The position numbers and the translations under genes were made by a program. This document shows, piece by piece, positions 10,637 to 20,350 of a stretch of 64,000 nt of DNA. Source of the DNA: a bacterium (GTDB taxonomy: Bacteria; Krumholzibacteriota; Krumholzibacteriia; LZORAL124-64-63). Location: positions 1 to 64,000 of the forward strand of contig JANOEP010000072.1 of NCBI GenBank assembly GCA_031441465.1, in the 5' to 3' direction. Positions within the stretch are counted from its first letter, which is position 1, and every line of letters begins with the position of its first letter. The notes under the pieces are model-generated. The model was not told the DNA's origin and did not search any database. It saw nothing but the letters and a program-made list of their open reading frames with translations.

Positions 10637-10679
10637 GCCCCCAGTTTCGCGGTCGGGCCGGGGCGGGTCAACTCGGTCT

Positions 10680-10709
10680 TTGACAGGCGTGGGCCGGCGC
10701 GGCTAATGT
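10680..10709 (+). promoter_or_regulatory. Sigma70-type promoter, probably giving a leaderless mRNA
   Basis: TTGACA-18-TAATGT ending 7 nt before ATG 10717; no SD sequence. Confidence 0.5.
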
Positions 10710-10716
10710 CCCGGCC

Positions 10717-12141
10717 ATGCTGTTCAATTCGCTGGTGTTCGTGCTCTTCATGGCCGTGGTGCTGCTGGTCTACCCGCGTCTGCGGCACCGGCCGCAGAAC
10801 GTGTTCCTGCTGATCGCCAGCTACGTCTTCTACGGCTACTGGGACTGGCGCTTCCTACTGCTCTTGTGGGTCTCCTCGGGCGTCGACTTCTGGGCCGCCG
10901 TCCGCATGGGCCGCACCGATTCGCCGGCCGTGCGCAAGCGATTGCTGCTGATCAGCATGTCGGTGAACCTCGGCTTGCTGGGCTTCTTCAAGTACTTCAA
11001 CTTCTTCGTCGACTCGATGGGCGTCCTGATCGAGTCCTTCGGCATGGAGCCCCACGTCCCTCTGCTGAGGGTGCTGCTGCCGGTGGGCATCAGCTTCTAC
11101 ACGTTCCAGACGATGAGCTACACGATCGACGTCTACCGCCGGCGCCTGGAGCCGTCGCACGACCTGATCGAATTCTCGCTGTTCGTGGCCTTCTTCCCCC
11201 AACTCGTGGCCGGACCCATCGAGCGCGCGACCCGGCTGCTGCCGCAGGTGCAACACCCGCGCACGGTGACCCGCCGGCAGGTCGAAACGGGCCTGAACCT
11301 GATCCTGCTGGGATTCTTCAAGAAGCTCTTCGTGGCCGACACGCTGGCGCCCTACGTGACCCAGGTCTGGAACGATCCCGGCTCCTTCACGGCCGGCCAG
11401 CTGCTGACCGGCGTGTACGCCTTCTGCTTCCAGATCTACGGCGACTTCTCGGGCTATTCGGACATCGCCCGCGGCGTCTCGCACCTGCTGGGCTTCGAGC
11501 TGATGGAGAACTTCCGCGCGCCGAACCTGAGCCGCAGCCCCGCCGAGTACTGGAAGCGCTGGCACGTGTCGCTGTCGACCTGGCTGATGGACTACCTCTA
11601 CATCCCGCTGGGCGGCAACCGCAAGGGCCGCGTCCGCAGCTACGTGAACTTGATGGTGACGATGTTCCTGGGCGGGCTCTGGCACGGGGCGAGCTGGACG
11701 TTCGTGGCCTGGGGCGTGTTCAACGGCTTCTACCTGGTGCTCTACCGGCTGACCGACGGCCGCAAGGTCGACCTGCGCTGGCCGCGCGCGCCGCGCGCCT
11801 TCGCCTGGGACGTGGTGAAGGTGGTCGTCACCTTCCACCTGCTCGGCATCGCCAAGATCCTGTTCCGCTCACCCGACTTCCCGACCGCCTGGAAGATCAT
11901 GACGGGGATCGTCTCCGGCCACGGGCTGTTCACCTTCGGCGCCGCGCACGTCTTCGTGGTCTGCGCGATCACGCTCGTGCTGGACATCGTCCAGGAGGCG
12001 ACGGGCAGCCACACCTGGCTGGCCGATTCGCAACGGCCCTGGCTGCGGTTCTCCGTCGGGACCGCGATGTTCGGCGTCATCCTGGCCTCGGCCGTCTTCC
12101 GCGTTTACAGCAACCCGCCGTTCATCTATTTCCAATTCTGA
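10717..12141 (+). CDS. MBOAT family O-acyltransferase (AlgI/PatA-like)
   Basis: LPVGISFYTFQTMSY, FFPQLVAGPIER, DFSGYSDIA, GLWHGA, C-terminal FIYFQF. Confidence 0.92.
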   Translation: MLFNSLVFVLFMAVVLLVYPRLRHRPQNVFLLIASYVFYGYWDWRFLLLLWVSSGVDFWAAVRMGRTDSPAVRKRLLLISMSVNLGLLGFFKYFNFFVDSMGVLIESFGMEPHVPLLRVLLPVGISFYTFQTMSYTIDVYRRRLEPSHDLIEFSLFVAFFPQLVAGPIERATRLLPQVQHPRTVTRRQVETGLNLILLGFFKKLFVADTLAPYVTQVWNDPGSFTAGQLLTGVYAFCFQIYGDFSGYSDIARGVSHLLGFELMENFRAPNLSRSPAEYWKRWHVSLSTWLMDYLYIPLGGNRKGRVRSYVNLMVTMFLGGLWHGASWTFVAWGVFNGFYLVLYRLTDGRKVDLRWPRAPRAFAWDVVKVVVTFHLLGIAKILFRSPDFPTAWKIMTGIVSGHGLFTFGAAHVFVVCAITLVLDIVQEATGSHTWLADSQRPWLRFSVGTAMFGVILASAVFRVYSNPPFIYFQF

Positions 12142-12155
12142 ATGAAATGACGATG

Positions 12156-12300
12156 CAGTTGGAGTGATGGGCCCGGGGTGGCGGGGGGCGCGCGTCGGGC
12201 GCTTCCTGCGCCCGACTTGCTCGACTTTCGGCTCTCTGTGCCCTCCTGGCACAGAGAGCCTGCAGACGCCCCCGCCACCCCGGGCCCATCACTCCAACTG
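12156..12300. repeat. Cruciform/MITE-like element: 32-bp perfect terminal IR with two internal hairpins
   Basis: 12156-12187 is the reverse complement of 12269-12300; inner stems 12194-12216 (loop TTCCT) and 12230-12260 (loop CTCCT). Confidence 0.85.
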
Positions 12301-12340
12301 ACAGTCATTGAACAACATGCGGGTTTAATAGATTGGTTAG

Positions 12341-12369
12341 TTGATTTAATTAACTGATTAGTTTACTCT
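12341..12369 (+). promoter_or_regulatory. Promoter with putative TetR operator
   Basis: TTGATT-17-TACTCT; imperfect palindrome AATTAACTGATTAGTT in the spacer. Confidence 0.55.
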
Positions 12370-12398
12370 GGGCGGGTCTCCTGATGAAAGAGGGCGCC

Positions 12399-13097
12399 AT
12401 GGACGAGCGGACAGCGGTCGAGCGGTTGCGGGGGGTGCTGGAGCACTTGCCGCAGGAGTTGGCGCCGCCGGCGCCGGATTCTCCGGCGGGGAGGATCCTG
12501 GAGGCCACCCGCGCCGTGCTGGCGGAGAAGGGGCTGGCGGGGCTGAGCATGCGGCTGGTGGCGGCCGAGGCCGGGGTCAACCAGGCGATGATCCACTACT
12601 ACTACGGCAGCAAGGATCGCCTCGTCGACGCGGTGGTGACCCGCGAACTCCTGTCGATGATCCGCGCCGTCGTGGGCGGGCTGGACGGCGATCTCGATCC
12701 CGCGGAACTCTTCGTGCAGTACCCGGTGCGCATGCTCGACGAGTTGAGGCGCGACCGCGTCCGCCTGCAACTGCTGCGGCTGGTCCTGGCCACCGAGCCG
12801 GATCGGCTGCGCCGGGCGGTACGGGAACTCGGGAAGCACGGCGTGCTCGGCGTCAGCGCCGAACTGCTCGGACTCATCGTCGAATCGCAGCGCGCTGGCC
12901 GGTTGGTGGACGCGGCGCCCGCCTCGCTGCTGATGTTCCTGATCGCCAACGCCTTCGGCCTGGTTTTCATGGAGCCGATCGCGCACGAGGTCATGGGCTT
13001 TTCCCTGGACGACGACGCGGCCTGGGCGCGCCACCGGGCGCACCTGACGAACCTGATCCGCGGCGGGATCTTCGCGGCGCCCGCGGGCAAGGAGTGA
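12399..13097 (+). CDS. TetR/AcrR family regulator
   Basis: RILEATRAVLAEKGLAGLSMRLVAAEAGVNQAMIHYYYGSKDRL. Confidence 0.9.
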   Translation: MDERTAVERLRGVLEHLPQELAPPAPDSPAGRILEATRAVLAEKGLAGLSMRLVAAEAGVNQAMIHYYYGSKDRLVDAVVTRELLSMIRAVVGGLDGDLDPAELFVQYPVRMLDELRRDRVRLQLLRLVLATEPDRLRRAVRELGKHGVLGVSAELLGLIVESQRAGRLVDAAPASLLMFLIANAFGLVFMEPIAHEVMGFSLDDDAAWARHRAHLTNLIRGGIFAAPAGKE

Positions 13098-13099
13098 GC

Positions 13100-14398
13100 A
13101 TGAAAGCGACCGGATCCGGATGGTGCGCGGCGGTCTTCGTCGTGCTGGCGGCCGCGACGGCGGACGGCGGGGCTCGCCTGGACCTGGAGGCCTGCCTGCA
13201 GCAGGCACGCGCCGTCGCGCCGCGGCTCGCGGAGATGCGGGCGGTCGCAGCGGAAGCCGACGCGACGGCCGCCGAGGCGGCGGCCCGGTGCCTGCCCGTG
13301 CTCGGGCTGGGGGCGACGTACCGTTATGCCAGCGAGACGATGGAATCGGAGATCAGCCTGGCGCCCGGACTGCCGTCGCGCACGCTGTCCTTCGGCGACG
13401 GGCACGTGGCCGACGTGAACCTGGCCTTGACGCTGCCCTTGTACACGGGCGGTGAGCTGTCCCGCACGGCCGCGGCGGCGGCGGCGGGTGGCCGGGCGGC
13501 GCAGTTGCGCTCGGAAGCCGCCGTCCTGGATCTCAGCCTCACGGTGCGCCGGACGTTCTACGCGGCGTTGGGGCGCGAATCCCAACTCGCGGCCGCCGAG
13601 CTGGCCGTCGCACGCCTGCAGCGCCACGCCGACGAGGTGGCCGGCGCCGTGACGGCCGGCGCCGCCACCGAAGAGATGCGCCTGCGCGCGGTCACCCGCC
13701 TGCGTGAGGCCGAGCAGCGCCGGACGCGCGCGGCGGCCGCGCTGGACTCGGCCGGCGTGGCGCTGGGGCGCCTGGTCGGACGGTCGGGCGAGGTGGTGCT
13801 GCCGTCCGGCGATCTCGCCGCACCCCTGCTCGAGGACGCCGTCGTGCCGGTGGCGGCCGCCGAGCGGCCGGATCTGGCGGCGCTCCAGGCGGAACGTGGA
13901 CGACAAGTGCACCTGGCCGCGGCGGCCCGCGGCCGGCTGCGGCCGCGTCTCGGGGGAGAGTTGGCTGCCCACTACGGCCGTCCAGGCGTGGACCAGCTCG
14001 CCAACGACTGGATGAGTTACGCGACGGCAGGGGTGAGCCTGGACTGGCCGCTGTGGGACGGCGGCGCCCGCCGTCAACGCTCGGCGCAGGCGGAGGCGCG
14101 CGCACGTCAGGCGGAGGCGCGGTACCGCGACCTGGAGGAAGCCGTCACCGCCGCACACACCACGGCGCTGCTGGACCTGACGGCCGCCCGCGAAGAACTG
14201 GAACGGGCGTCCGAGCGCGCCGATCTCGCCCGCCGGATCGGCGAGCTGGTCGGCGCGCGCTACGAGCGGGCTGACGCCAGCGAGAGCGAGTACCTGGACG
14301 CCCAGGACGATGTCACCGCCGCCGAATTCGAACTGTCCCTGGTCCGCACGCGGCAGCGTTTGGCCGAAGCGATGCTGCTCTGGACCCTCGGCCGTTAA
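13100..14398 (+). CDS. TolC-family outer membrane efflux protein
   Basis: Signal peptide; LTLPLYTGG and LDWPLWDGG repeats; helical; operon context. Confidence 0.88.
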   Translation: MKATGSGWCAAVFVVLAAATADGGARLDLEACLQQARAVAPRLAEMRAVAAEADATAAEAAARCLPVLGLGATYRYASETMESEISLAPGLPSRTLSFGDGHVADVNLALTLPLYTGGELSRTAAAAAAGGRAAQLRSEAAVLDLSLTVRRTFYAALGRESQLAAAELAVARLQRHADEVAGAVTAGAATEEMRLRAVTRLREAEQRRTRAAAALDSAGVALGRLVGRSGEVVLPSGDLAAPLLEDAVVPVAAAERPDLAALQAERGRQVHLAAAARGRLRPRLGGELAAHYGRPGVDQLANDWMSYATAGVSLDWPLWDGGARRQRSAQAEARARQAEARYRDLEEAVTAAHTTALLDLTAAREELERASERADLARRIGELVGARYERADASESEYLDAQDDVTAAEFELSLVRTRQRLAEAMLLWTLGR

Positions 14399-14414
14399 CC
14401 TGACGGGAGAGACC

Positions 14415-15317
14415 ATGAACCGCACTGTCATCACCACGATCGCGCTCGTCTGCCTCGCCGCGCTGGCGGGCTGCGGCGGCAAGCAGTTGCCCGATCCGTC
14501 GGGGACCTTCGAGGCCACGGTCGTCGACGTCGCCCCGGTGATCGGCGGGCGGGCGCTGGCCGTCAACGCCGCCGAGGGCCGGCTCGTCGCGTGCGGCGAC
14601 ACGCTGGTGATCCTGGACAACGAGCTGATCGCCCTGCAGCGCGCCGAGACCGCCGCCCGCCGCGAGAGCCTGCTGGCGGAGCGCCGCGCCGCGTCGGCCG
14701 ATCTGGCGCAGGTCCGGCGTCAGCGGGAGCTCGCGGCCACCACGCTCGAGCGGGCCGAGGCGCTGCTGGACCAGGGCAGCGCCACGCGCCAGCGCGTCGA
14801 CGACCTCGCCGCGCAGCGCGATGTCGCGGACGACCGCATCGAAGCCGCCCGAGCGCGCATCGCCGCGCTCGACGCCGAGATGGTCCGTCTCGACGCCGGT
14901 CTGGCCGTCCTGGATCGCCAACTGCGCGAGGGCGTCCTGCTGTCGCCGCTGGACGGCACGGTGCTGACGCGCAGCCTGGAGCCCGGGGAAGTGGCCGTCG
15001 CCGGCCGCACGGTGCTGCGGCTGGCCGACCTCACGCGCCTGGAATTGCGGGTCTTCCTCGAGGCTCCCGACCTCGATCGCGTACGGTTGGGGCAAGAGCT
15101 GCCGGTCGCCGTGGACGCGCTGCCCGGCGTGGCGTTCACCGGCCGCGTCGCCTGGATCAGCGAGGAGGCGGAGTTCACGCCCAAGAACGCGCAGACCCGG
15201 CACGCGCGCGCCCAGCTCGTGCACGCGGTGAAGCTGACCGTCGCCAACCCCGACGGGTGGCTGCATGTGGGCATGACCGCCGAAATGGGCCTGCCGGCGG
15301 AGGTCCGGCTGCCGTGA
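14415..15317 (+). CDS. HlyD/YbhG-like membrane fusion lipoprotein
   Basis: LAGC, SGTFEAT, SPLDGTV, AEFTPKNAQT. Confidence 0.9.
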   Translation: MNRTVITTIALVCLAALAGCGGKQLPDPSGTFEATVVDVAPVIGGRALAVNAAEGRLVACGDTLVILDNELIALQRAETAARRESLLAERRAASADLAQVRRQRELAATTLERAEALLDQGSATRQRVDDLAAQRDVADDRIEAARARIAALDAEMVRLDAGLAVLDRQLREGVLLSPLDGTVLTRSLEPGEVAVAGRTVLRLADLTRLELRVFLEAPDLDRVRLGQELPVAVDALPGVAFTGRVAWISEEAEFTPKNAQTRHARAQLVHAVKLTVANPDGWLHVGMTAEMGLPAEVRLP

Positions 15318-16267
15318 AACCGGCGGACGACAGGCACTGGGCCGCCATCCTGGTCGAGGGCCTGCACAAGAGCTACGGGGAGCGCGAGGCGGTCCGCGGC
15401 CTGGACCTCGCCGTGGCCCCGGGTCGCATCTGCGGTCTGATCGGCCCCGACGGCGCCGGCAAGACCACGACCATGCGCGTGATCTGCGGTCTGCTGCGTC
15501 CCGACGCGGGCGGCGCGCGCGTGCTCGGCCGCGACAGCGCGCGCGAACCCCGCGCCGTGCGCGAGCACCTCGGCTACATGCCCCAGCGCTTCAGCCTCTA
15601 CCCGGACCTGACCGTCGCGGAGAACCTGCGTTTTTTCGCCGACCTGTTCGGCGTGCCGGCGGCCGAACGCGCGCGCCGCGAGGCCGAGCTGATGGAATTC
15701 AGCCGCCTCGGCCCGTTCCGCCAACGCCGGGCGGGGCAGCTGTCGGGCGGCATGAAGCAGAAGCTGGCGCTCAGCTGCACGCTGATCCACACGCCCGAGG
15801 TGCTGGTTCTCGACGAGCCCACCACCGGCGTCGACCCGGTCAGCCGGCGCGAGTTCTGGCGGATTCTGCGCGAACTGGCCGGCCGCGGCCTCGCGCTGCT
15901 GGTCAGCACCCCGTACATGGACGAAGCGGGACTCTGCGACGAGGTCGTGCTGATGCACGAAGGGCGGGCCATCGCCCGCGGCGCCCCGGACGAAGTGGCG
16001 GCGGCCTTCCCGCGCCGCTTGCTGGAAGTGAAGGGCGCCGGCCTGCCCGCGGCCCTGGCGCTCCTGTCGGCCTCGACGCCGCCCGGGGTGAAGGTCCACC
16101 GCTACGGCGACCGCCTGCATGTGGTGCACGACGATCCGCAGCAAGCCGCTGCGGTCGCTCGTCTGCTCGACGGCGCCGGCGTGGACATGCGCCCGGTCGC
16201 GCCCGGCATCGAGGACGTGTTCGTGGAATTGATGACGGCGCCCGCCGGCGGGCAGGCGACGCCATGA
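15314..16267 (+). CDS. ABC transporter ATP-binding protein (YbhF N-half-like)
   Basis: GPDGAGKTT, LSGGMKQKL, LDEPTTGVDP, STPYMDEA. Confidence 0.92.
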   Translation: MKPADDRHWAAILVEGLHKSYGEREAVRGLDLAVAPGRICGLIGPDGAGKTTTMRVICGLLRPDAGGARVLGRDSAREPRAVREHLGYMPQRFSLYPDLTVAENLRFFADLFGVPAAERARREAELMEFSRLGPFRQRRAGQLSGGMKQKLALSCTLIHTPEVLVLDEPTTGVDPVSRREFWRILRELAGRGLALLVSTPYMDEAGLCDEVVLMHEGRAIARGAPDEVAAAFPRRLLEVKGAGLPAALALLSASTPPGVKVHRYGDRLHVVHDDPQQAAAVARLLDGAGVDMRPVAPGIEDVFVELMTAPAGGQATP

Positions 16268-16992
16268 GCCGGGAAGCGGCGGTGTTCGCCCGCGGCCTGA
16301 CGCGGCGCTTCGGCGACTTCACGGCCGTCGAGTCGCTCGACCTCGAGGTGGCGAGCGGGGAGATCTTCGGCTTCCTGGGGGCCAACGGGGCGGGCAAGAC
16401 CACGGCGATCCGCATGCTCTGCGGGCTGCTACCGCCCAGCGGAGGCGAAGCGCGGGTCGCGGGTTGTCGCGTGGGGCGCGACACCGCGGCGCTCAAGCGG
16501 CGCATCGGTTACATGAGCCAGCGCTTCAGCCTCTACGAGGACCTGACGGTGCTGGAGAATCTGGAATTCTTCGGCGGCGTGTACGGACTCGGGCGCGCGG
16601 AGCTGGCGGTGCGGGCCGACGAGCTGCTGCCGCGGCTGGGCCTCGACGCCGACCGCGGCCGGCTGACCGGCTCGCTGCCCCTGGGCTACAAGCAGCGCCT
16701 GTCGCTGGGCTGCGCCCTGGCCCACCGGCCGCAGGTGCTGTTCCTGGACGAACCGACCGGCGGCGTGGATCCCGTCGCGCGCCGCAGCTTCTGGGACCTG
16801 ATCTACGAACAGGCGGCCGCCGGGGTCACGGTCTTCGTCACCACGCACTACATGGACGAGGCCGAGTACTGCGGCCGCGTCTCGATCATGGTCCAGGGGA
16901 AGATCGTGGCCCTGGACACGCCCTCGGGCCTGAAGGCCCGCACCGGAGGCGCCGACATGCAGGACGTCTTTTTGAGGTTGGTGGACGCGTGA
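16264..16992 (+). CDS. ABC transporter ATP-binding protein (YbhF C-half-like)
   Basis: GANGAGKTT, LPLGYKQRL, LDEPTGGVDP, TTHYMDEAE. Confidence 0.92.
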   Translation: MSREAAVFARGLTRRFGDFTAVESLDLEVASGEIFGFLGANGAGKTTAIRMLCGLLPPSGGEARVAGCRVGRDTAALKRRIGYMSQRFSLYEDLTVLENLEFFGGVYGLGRAELAVRADELLPRLGLDADRGRLTGSLPLGYKQRLSLGCALAHRPQVLFLDEPTGGVDPVARRSFWDLIYEQAAAGVTVFVTTHYMDEAEYCGRVSIMVQGKIVALDTPSGLKARTGGADMQDVFLRLVDA

Positions 16993-18086
16993 ACCGCATC
17001 CTGGCCGTCGCCCGCAAGGAGTTCCTGCACATCCTGCGCGACCGGCGCAGCCTGGCCGTGGCCGTGCTGATGCCCCTGGTGATGGTGCTGCTCTACGGCG
17101 CAGTCATCGACATGGAGCTGCGCGATCTGCGGGTCGGCGTGCTCGACCTCGACGGCGGCGACCGCAGCCGCGAACTGCTGCGCGCGACGACCTCCAGCGG
17201 CTTCATCGTCGAGGCGGAGCGGCTGCACGGACGCGACGAGATCGAGGCCGGCTTCCGGCAGGGACGCATCCAGGCCGCGCTGGTGGTGCCGCGCGGGTAC
17301 GGCGAGGATCTCGCCCGCGGCGAGGCCCGCGTCCAGGTCCTGGTCGACGGCGCCGACGCCTCGACCGCGGCCACGGTCGCCAACTACCTGCAGGCGGTGG
17401 TCGCTCTGGTCAACCGCGACCTGTTGCGCGACGCGGGCCTCGCGGCGCCCTTCGGCGCCCGCACGCGGGTCTGGTTCAACCCCGAACTGGTCAGCGCGCG
17501 GTTCGTGGTGCCGGGGCTGGTGGCGCTGGTGCTGATGATGATCTGCGCGCTGCTGACGAGCATCGCCATCACCCGCGAGAAGGAGGCCGGCACCCTCGAG
17601 CAGATCCTGACCACGCCGGTGACCCCGGCGCAGGTGATCGTGGGCAAGGTGCTGCCTTACGTGGCGCTGGGCGCGCTGGACTGCGCGATGGTGCTGATGG
17701 CCGGCAAATGGGTCTTCGGCGTGCCGATGGCCGGCTCCTGGTGGCTGCTGGCCGCCTACTGCCTGCTGTTCATCGTCATCGCGCTGGCGCTGGGGCTACT
17801 GATCTCCGCGCGGTCGCCGAGCCTGCGCGTGGCGATGATGGCCGCACTGATGGTCACCATGCTGCCGACGATGATCCTGTCGGGCTTCGTGTTCCCGATC
17901 GCCAGCATGCCGGGACCGCTGCAGGTGGTCTGCCGCCTGCTGCCGGCCACTCATTTCCTGGTCGTGCTGCGCGGCATCATGCTCAAGGGCCAGAGCTGGT
18001 TCCCGCTGCAGACCGCGGCGCTGGTCGTCATGGCGGCGGTGCTGCTGACGCTGGCGATCCGCAGCTTCCGCCTCAGACTGGAGTGA
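16989..18086 (+). CDS. ABC-2 permease (YbhS-like)
   Basis: RKEFLHILRDRRS, WFNPEL, REKEAGTLEQ, LSGFVFPI. Confidence 0.9.
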   Translation: MNRILAVARKEFLHILRDRRSLAVAVLMPLVMVLLYGAVIDMELRDLRVGVLDLDGGDRSRELLRATTSSGFIVEAERLHGRDEIEAGFRQGRIQAALVVPRGYGEDLARGEARVQVLVDGADASTAATVANYLQAVVALVNRDLLRDAGLAAPFGARTRVWFNPELVSARFVVPGLVALVLMMICALLTSIAITREKEAGTLEQILTTPVTPAQVIVGKVLPYVALGALDCAMVLMAGKWVFGVPMAGSWWLLAAYCLLFIVIALALGLLISARSPSLRVAMMAALMVTMLPTMILSGFVFPIASMPGPLQVVCRLLPATHFLVVLRGIMLKGQSWFPLQTAALVVMAAVLLTLAIRSFRLRLE

Positions 18087-18090
18087 ACGC

Positions 18091-19212
18091 GTGAGAGCGC
18101 TGCGTTGCCTCGTGCGCAAGGAGTTCCTGCAGCTGCGGCGCGACACCGCCCTGTTGCGGGTCGTGTTCGTGCTGCCGATCTTCCAGCTGCTGGTGCTGTC
18201 CTACGCCCTGAACAGCGACCTGCGCAACGTGCGCGTCGGGACGCTGGACGAGGACCGCACCGCGCTGAGCCGCCTCGTCCTGGACGCCTTCCCGGCCTCG
18301 GACGTCTTCGTCGCCGGGCCCGCGGCCCGCGACGCCGCCGAGCTGGAGGCCCTGCTCCAGGCCGGGGCCTGCGACCTGGCGGTGCGCGTGCCGGCGGGCT
18401 TCGAGCGCGACGTTGCGGCGGGGCGCACGCCGTCCGTCGGGATCGACGTCGACGGGACCAACAGCAGCCTCGCCGGCCGCGGCGCCGGCTACGCCGGCGC
18501 CATCGTGATGCGGGAGGCGGAGCGTTTCGCGGCGGCGAACGCGGGCCCGGCCGCGTCCGTGCCGCGGGTGGCGACGGTGGTGCGGTTCCTGTACAACCCC
18601 GAACTGGAGAGCCGCCTGTTCATGGTGCCGGGAGTGATCGTCATGCTGGTGACGATCATCTCCGCCCTGGCCACAGGCATGGCCGTGGTGAGGGAGAAGG
18701 AGCTGGGCACCCTCGACCAGGTCCTGGTCACGCCGCTGACGCCGCTGCAGTACGTGGTGGGCAAGACGCTGCCGTTCGGGCTGATCGCGCTGGTGGACCT
18801 GGCGCTGGCCACGCTGTTCGCGCGGGTCTGGTTCCACGTGCCGATGCTGGGCTCGCCGTGGGTGCTGCTGCTGGGAGTGCTGGCCTACCTGCTGGTGACC
18901 CTGGGCCTGGGGCTGCTGGCCTCGGCGGCCTCGAACACGCAGCAGCAGGCGATGTTCACGGTCTGGTTCTTCCTGGTGTTCGCCATCATGCTCAGCGGGT
19001 TCTTCTTCCCCGTCGACAACATGCCGGAGTGGGCGCGGTGGCTGACGCGGGTGAATCCGATGCGGTACTTCATGGATATCGTGCGGGGGGTGCTGCTGCG
19101 CGGCGCCGGGCTGGCGGATCTGGCGGGTGAACTGCTGACGTTGCTGGGGATGGGGGTGGCGGCGTTCGGGGGGGCGGTGGTGGCTTTTCGGAGGGAGGGG
19201 GTGAGGGGGTAG
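18091..19212 (+). CDS. ABC-2 permease (YbhR-like)
   Basis: RKEFLQLRRD, YNPEL, REKELGTLDQ, LSGFFFPVDNMP. Confidence 0.9.
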   Translation: MRALRCLVRKEFLQLRRDTALLRVVFVLPIFQLLVLSYALNSDLRNVRVGTLDEDRTALSRLVLDAFPASDVFVAGPAARDAAELEALLQAGACDLAVRVPAGFERDVAAGRTPSVGIDVDGTNSSLAGRGAGYAGAIVMREAERFAAANAGPAASVPRVATVVRFLYNPELESRLFMVPGVIVMLVTIISALATGMAVVREKELGTLDQVLVTPLTPLQYVVGKTLPFGLIALVDLALATLFARVWFHVPMLGSPWVLLLGVLAYLLVTLGLGLLASAASNTQQQAMFTVWFFLVFAIMLSGFFFPVDNMPEWARWLTRVNPMRYFMDIVRGVLLRGAGLADLAGELLTLLGMGVAAFGGAVVAFRREGVRG

Positions 19213-19249
19213 GGGCGGCGGGGTTGCAGGGCGTGGCGGGCGATCTCGA

Positions 19250-19278
19250 TTTACACTGCAGGCGGTGCGGGGTATCCT
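19250..19278 (+). promoter_or_regulatory. Putative Pc-like promoter for the cassette array
   Basis: TTTACA-17-TATCCT pointing into the array. Confidence 0.45.
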
Positions 19279-19388
19279 TGGATGTCTATTGGTTGATAAT
19301 CGTCAGGTATCGGCGTGGCGGCAGGTTGTGATTTCTCGGTATTGAGGTATTCAGGAAAACTTGCTGCTATATCTGGATACGTAGTTCA

Positions 19389-19407
19389 GCTTAAGTCATG
19401 GTTAGAT
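19389..19407 (+). mobile_element. attI-like integron site
   Basis: GCTTAAG-TCATG-GTTAGAT (7-5-7 layout); GTTAGAT is complementary (6/7) to ATCTAAG at the end of cassette 1. Confidence 0.5.
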
Positions 19408-19428
19408 TCAATGAGGAGCACGTGCTGC

Positions 19429-20220
19429 ATGCGTAGAATCTCTTTGTGGCTTTCCATTGCGGTAGTTCTCTGCGCGGCCGTCATGGCGAAATCAGGTGAT
19501 TCGCCCCTGGACGGCTGCATGAGCCCGAGTGAATACAACAGCTTGAACCCCCCGTATCAAATAGAAGTCGTCCACTATCGTAACATCGTCTCCTTCGACA
19601 TCTCTAAGGAGGGCGATACCTGGGCGATGATGAAAGACGGCCGAGGGCACCTGTGGATCTATCGGGACCGCAGGCAAATGCTATCTGCTCCAATTGCACC
19701 ATGGGCACAAGACGGTAAGATGAGCTATCACTTCACTGTAAGTCGCGACTTCGTGGCTAGCGCTGTATTTCAGTTCGGATTCGGCCGCCACAGCGGGAAG
19801 ATAATGCTCGGCGACTGGGCGGAGACTGATCCCCATTTCGACCTTTCACTCGAGCTTATCAATGCAACAATTCAAAAGGGCGGAGTCCTTCATGGCGAGT
19901 TCAAGATCGCTTGTTCATCGAAGTACTGTTTGCAGTTTGGCAGTGACTGTATGTGGAATTACGAGATTGCGAATGCGCGCGGAGAAGTAGTTCTGCGACC
20001 CGGCGGTGCATGTGGGGAAACGCTTTGTCAGATGACGCTTGAACCGGGCGTGATCAAGTCGATCCCCTTTGCAATACCGACCGATGTTGGCCGATCCCTC
20101 GACGCAGGGGTTCTTCAAGATGGGTTTTTGCCAACCGGAGAGTACACGCTGACGGCCTATATGGAAGAGCACCGAGATATGCACCTCGAGGCTGCCGCTA
20201 AGATCACGATAACGCCATGA
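19429..20220 (+). CDS. Cassette 1: secreted hypothetical protein, C-terminal half resembling a BsuPI-type beta domain
   Basis: RBS GAGGAG; signal peptide MRRISLWLSIAVVLCAAVMA; LQFGS..YEI..TLEPG..LPTGEYTL; visibly lower GC. Confidence 0.7.
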   Translation: MRRISLWLSIAVVLCAAVMAKSGDSPLDGCMSPSEYNSLNPPYQIEVVHYRNIVSFDISKEGDTWAMMKDGRGHLWIYRDRRQMLSAPIAPWAQDGKMSYHFTVSRDFVASAVFQFGFGRHSGKIMLGDWAETDPHFDLSLELINATIQKGGVLHGEFKIACSSKYCLQFGSDCMWNYEIANARGEVVLRPGGACGETLCQMTLEPGVIKSIPFAIPTDVGRSLDAGVLQDGFLPTGEYTLTAYMEEHRDMHLEAAAKITITP

Positions 20221-20232
20221 TCAACGGGCGGA

Positions 20233-20331
20233 ATCTAAGCATGGCTTGCAGCAGACGAAGCCACCCGTCACGTCGCTTGCTGGCGCAATCGCCGCGCCAG
20301 CCGTCTTCGCTGCTGAAACGCGTCGTTAAAC
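20233..20331 (+). mobile_element. Integron attC site
   Basis: ATCTAAG-CATGG-CTTGCAGCAGACGAAG...CTTCGCTGCTGAAACGCGTC-GTTAAAC: R''/L''...L'/R' with the extrahelical G. Confidence 0.8.
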
Positions 20332-20350
20332 ATAGTGGGAAGGCTCACAA

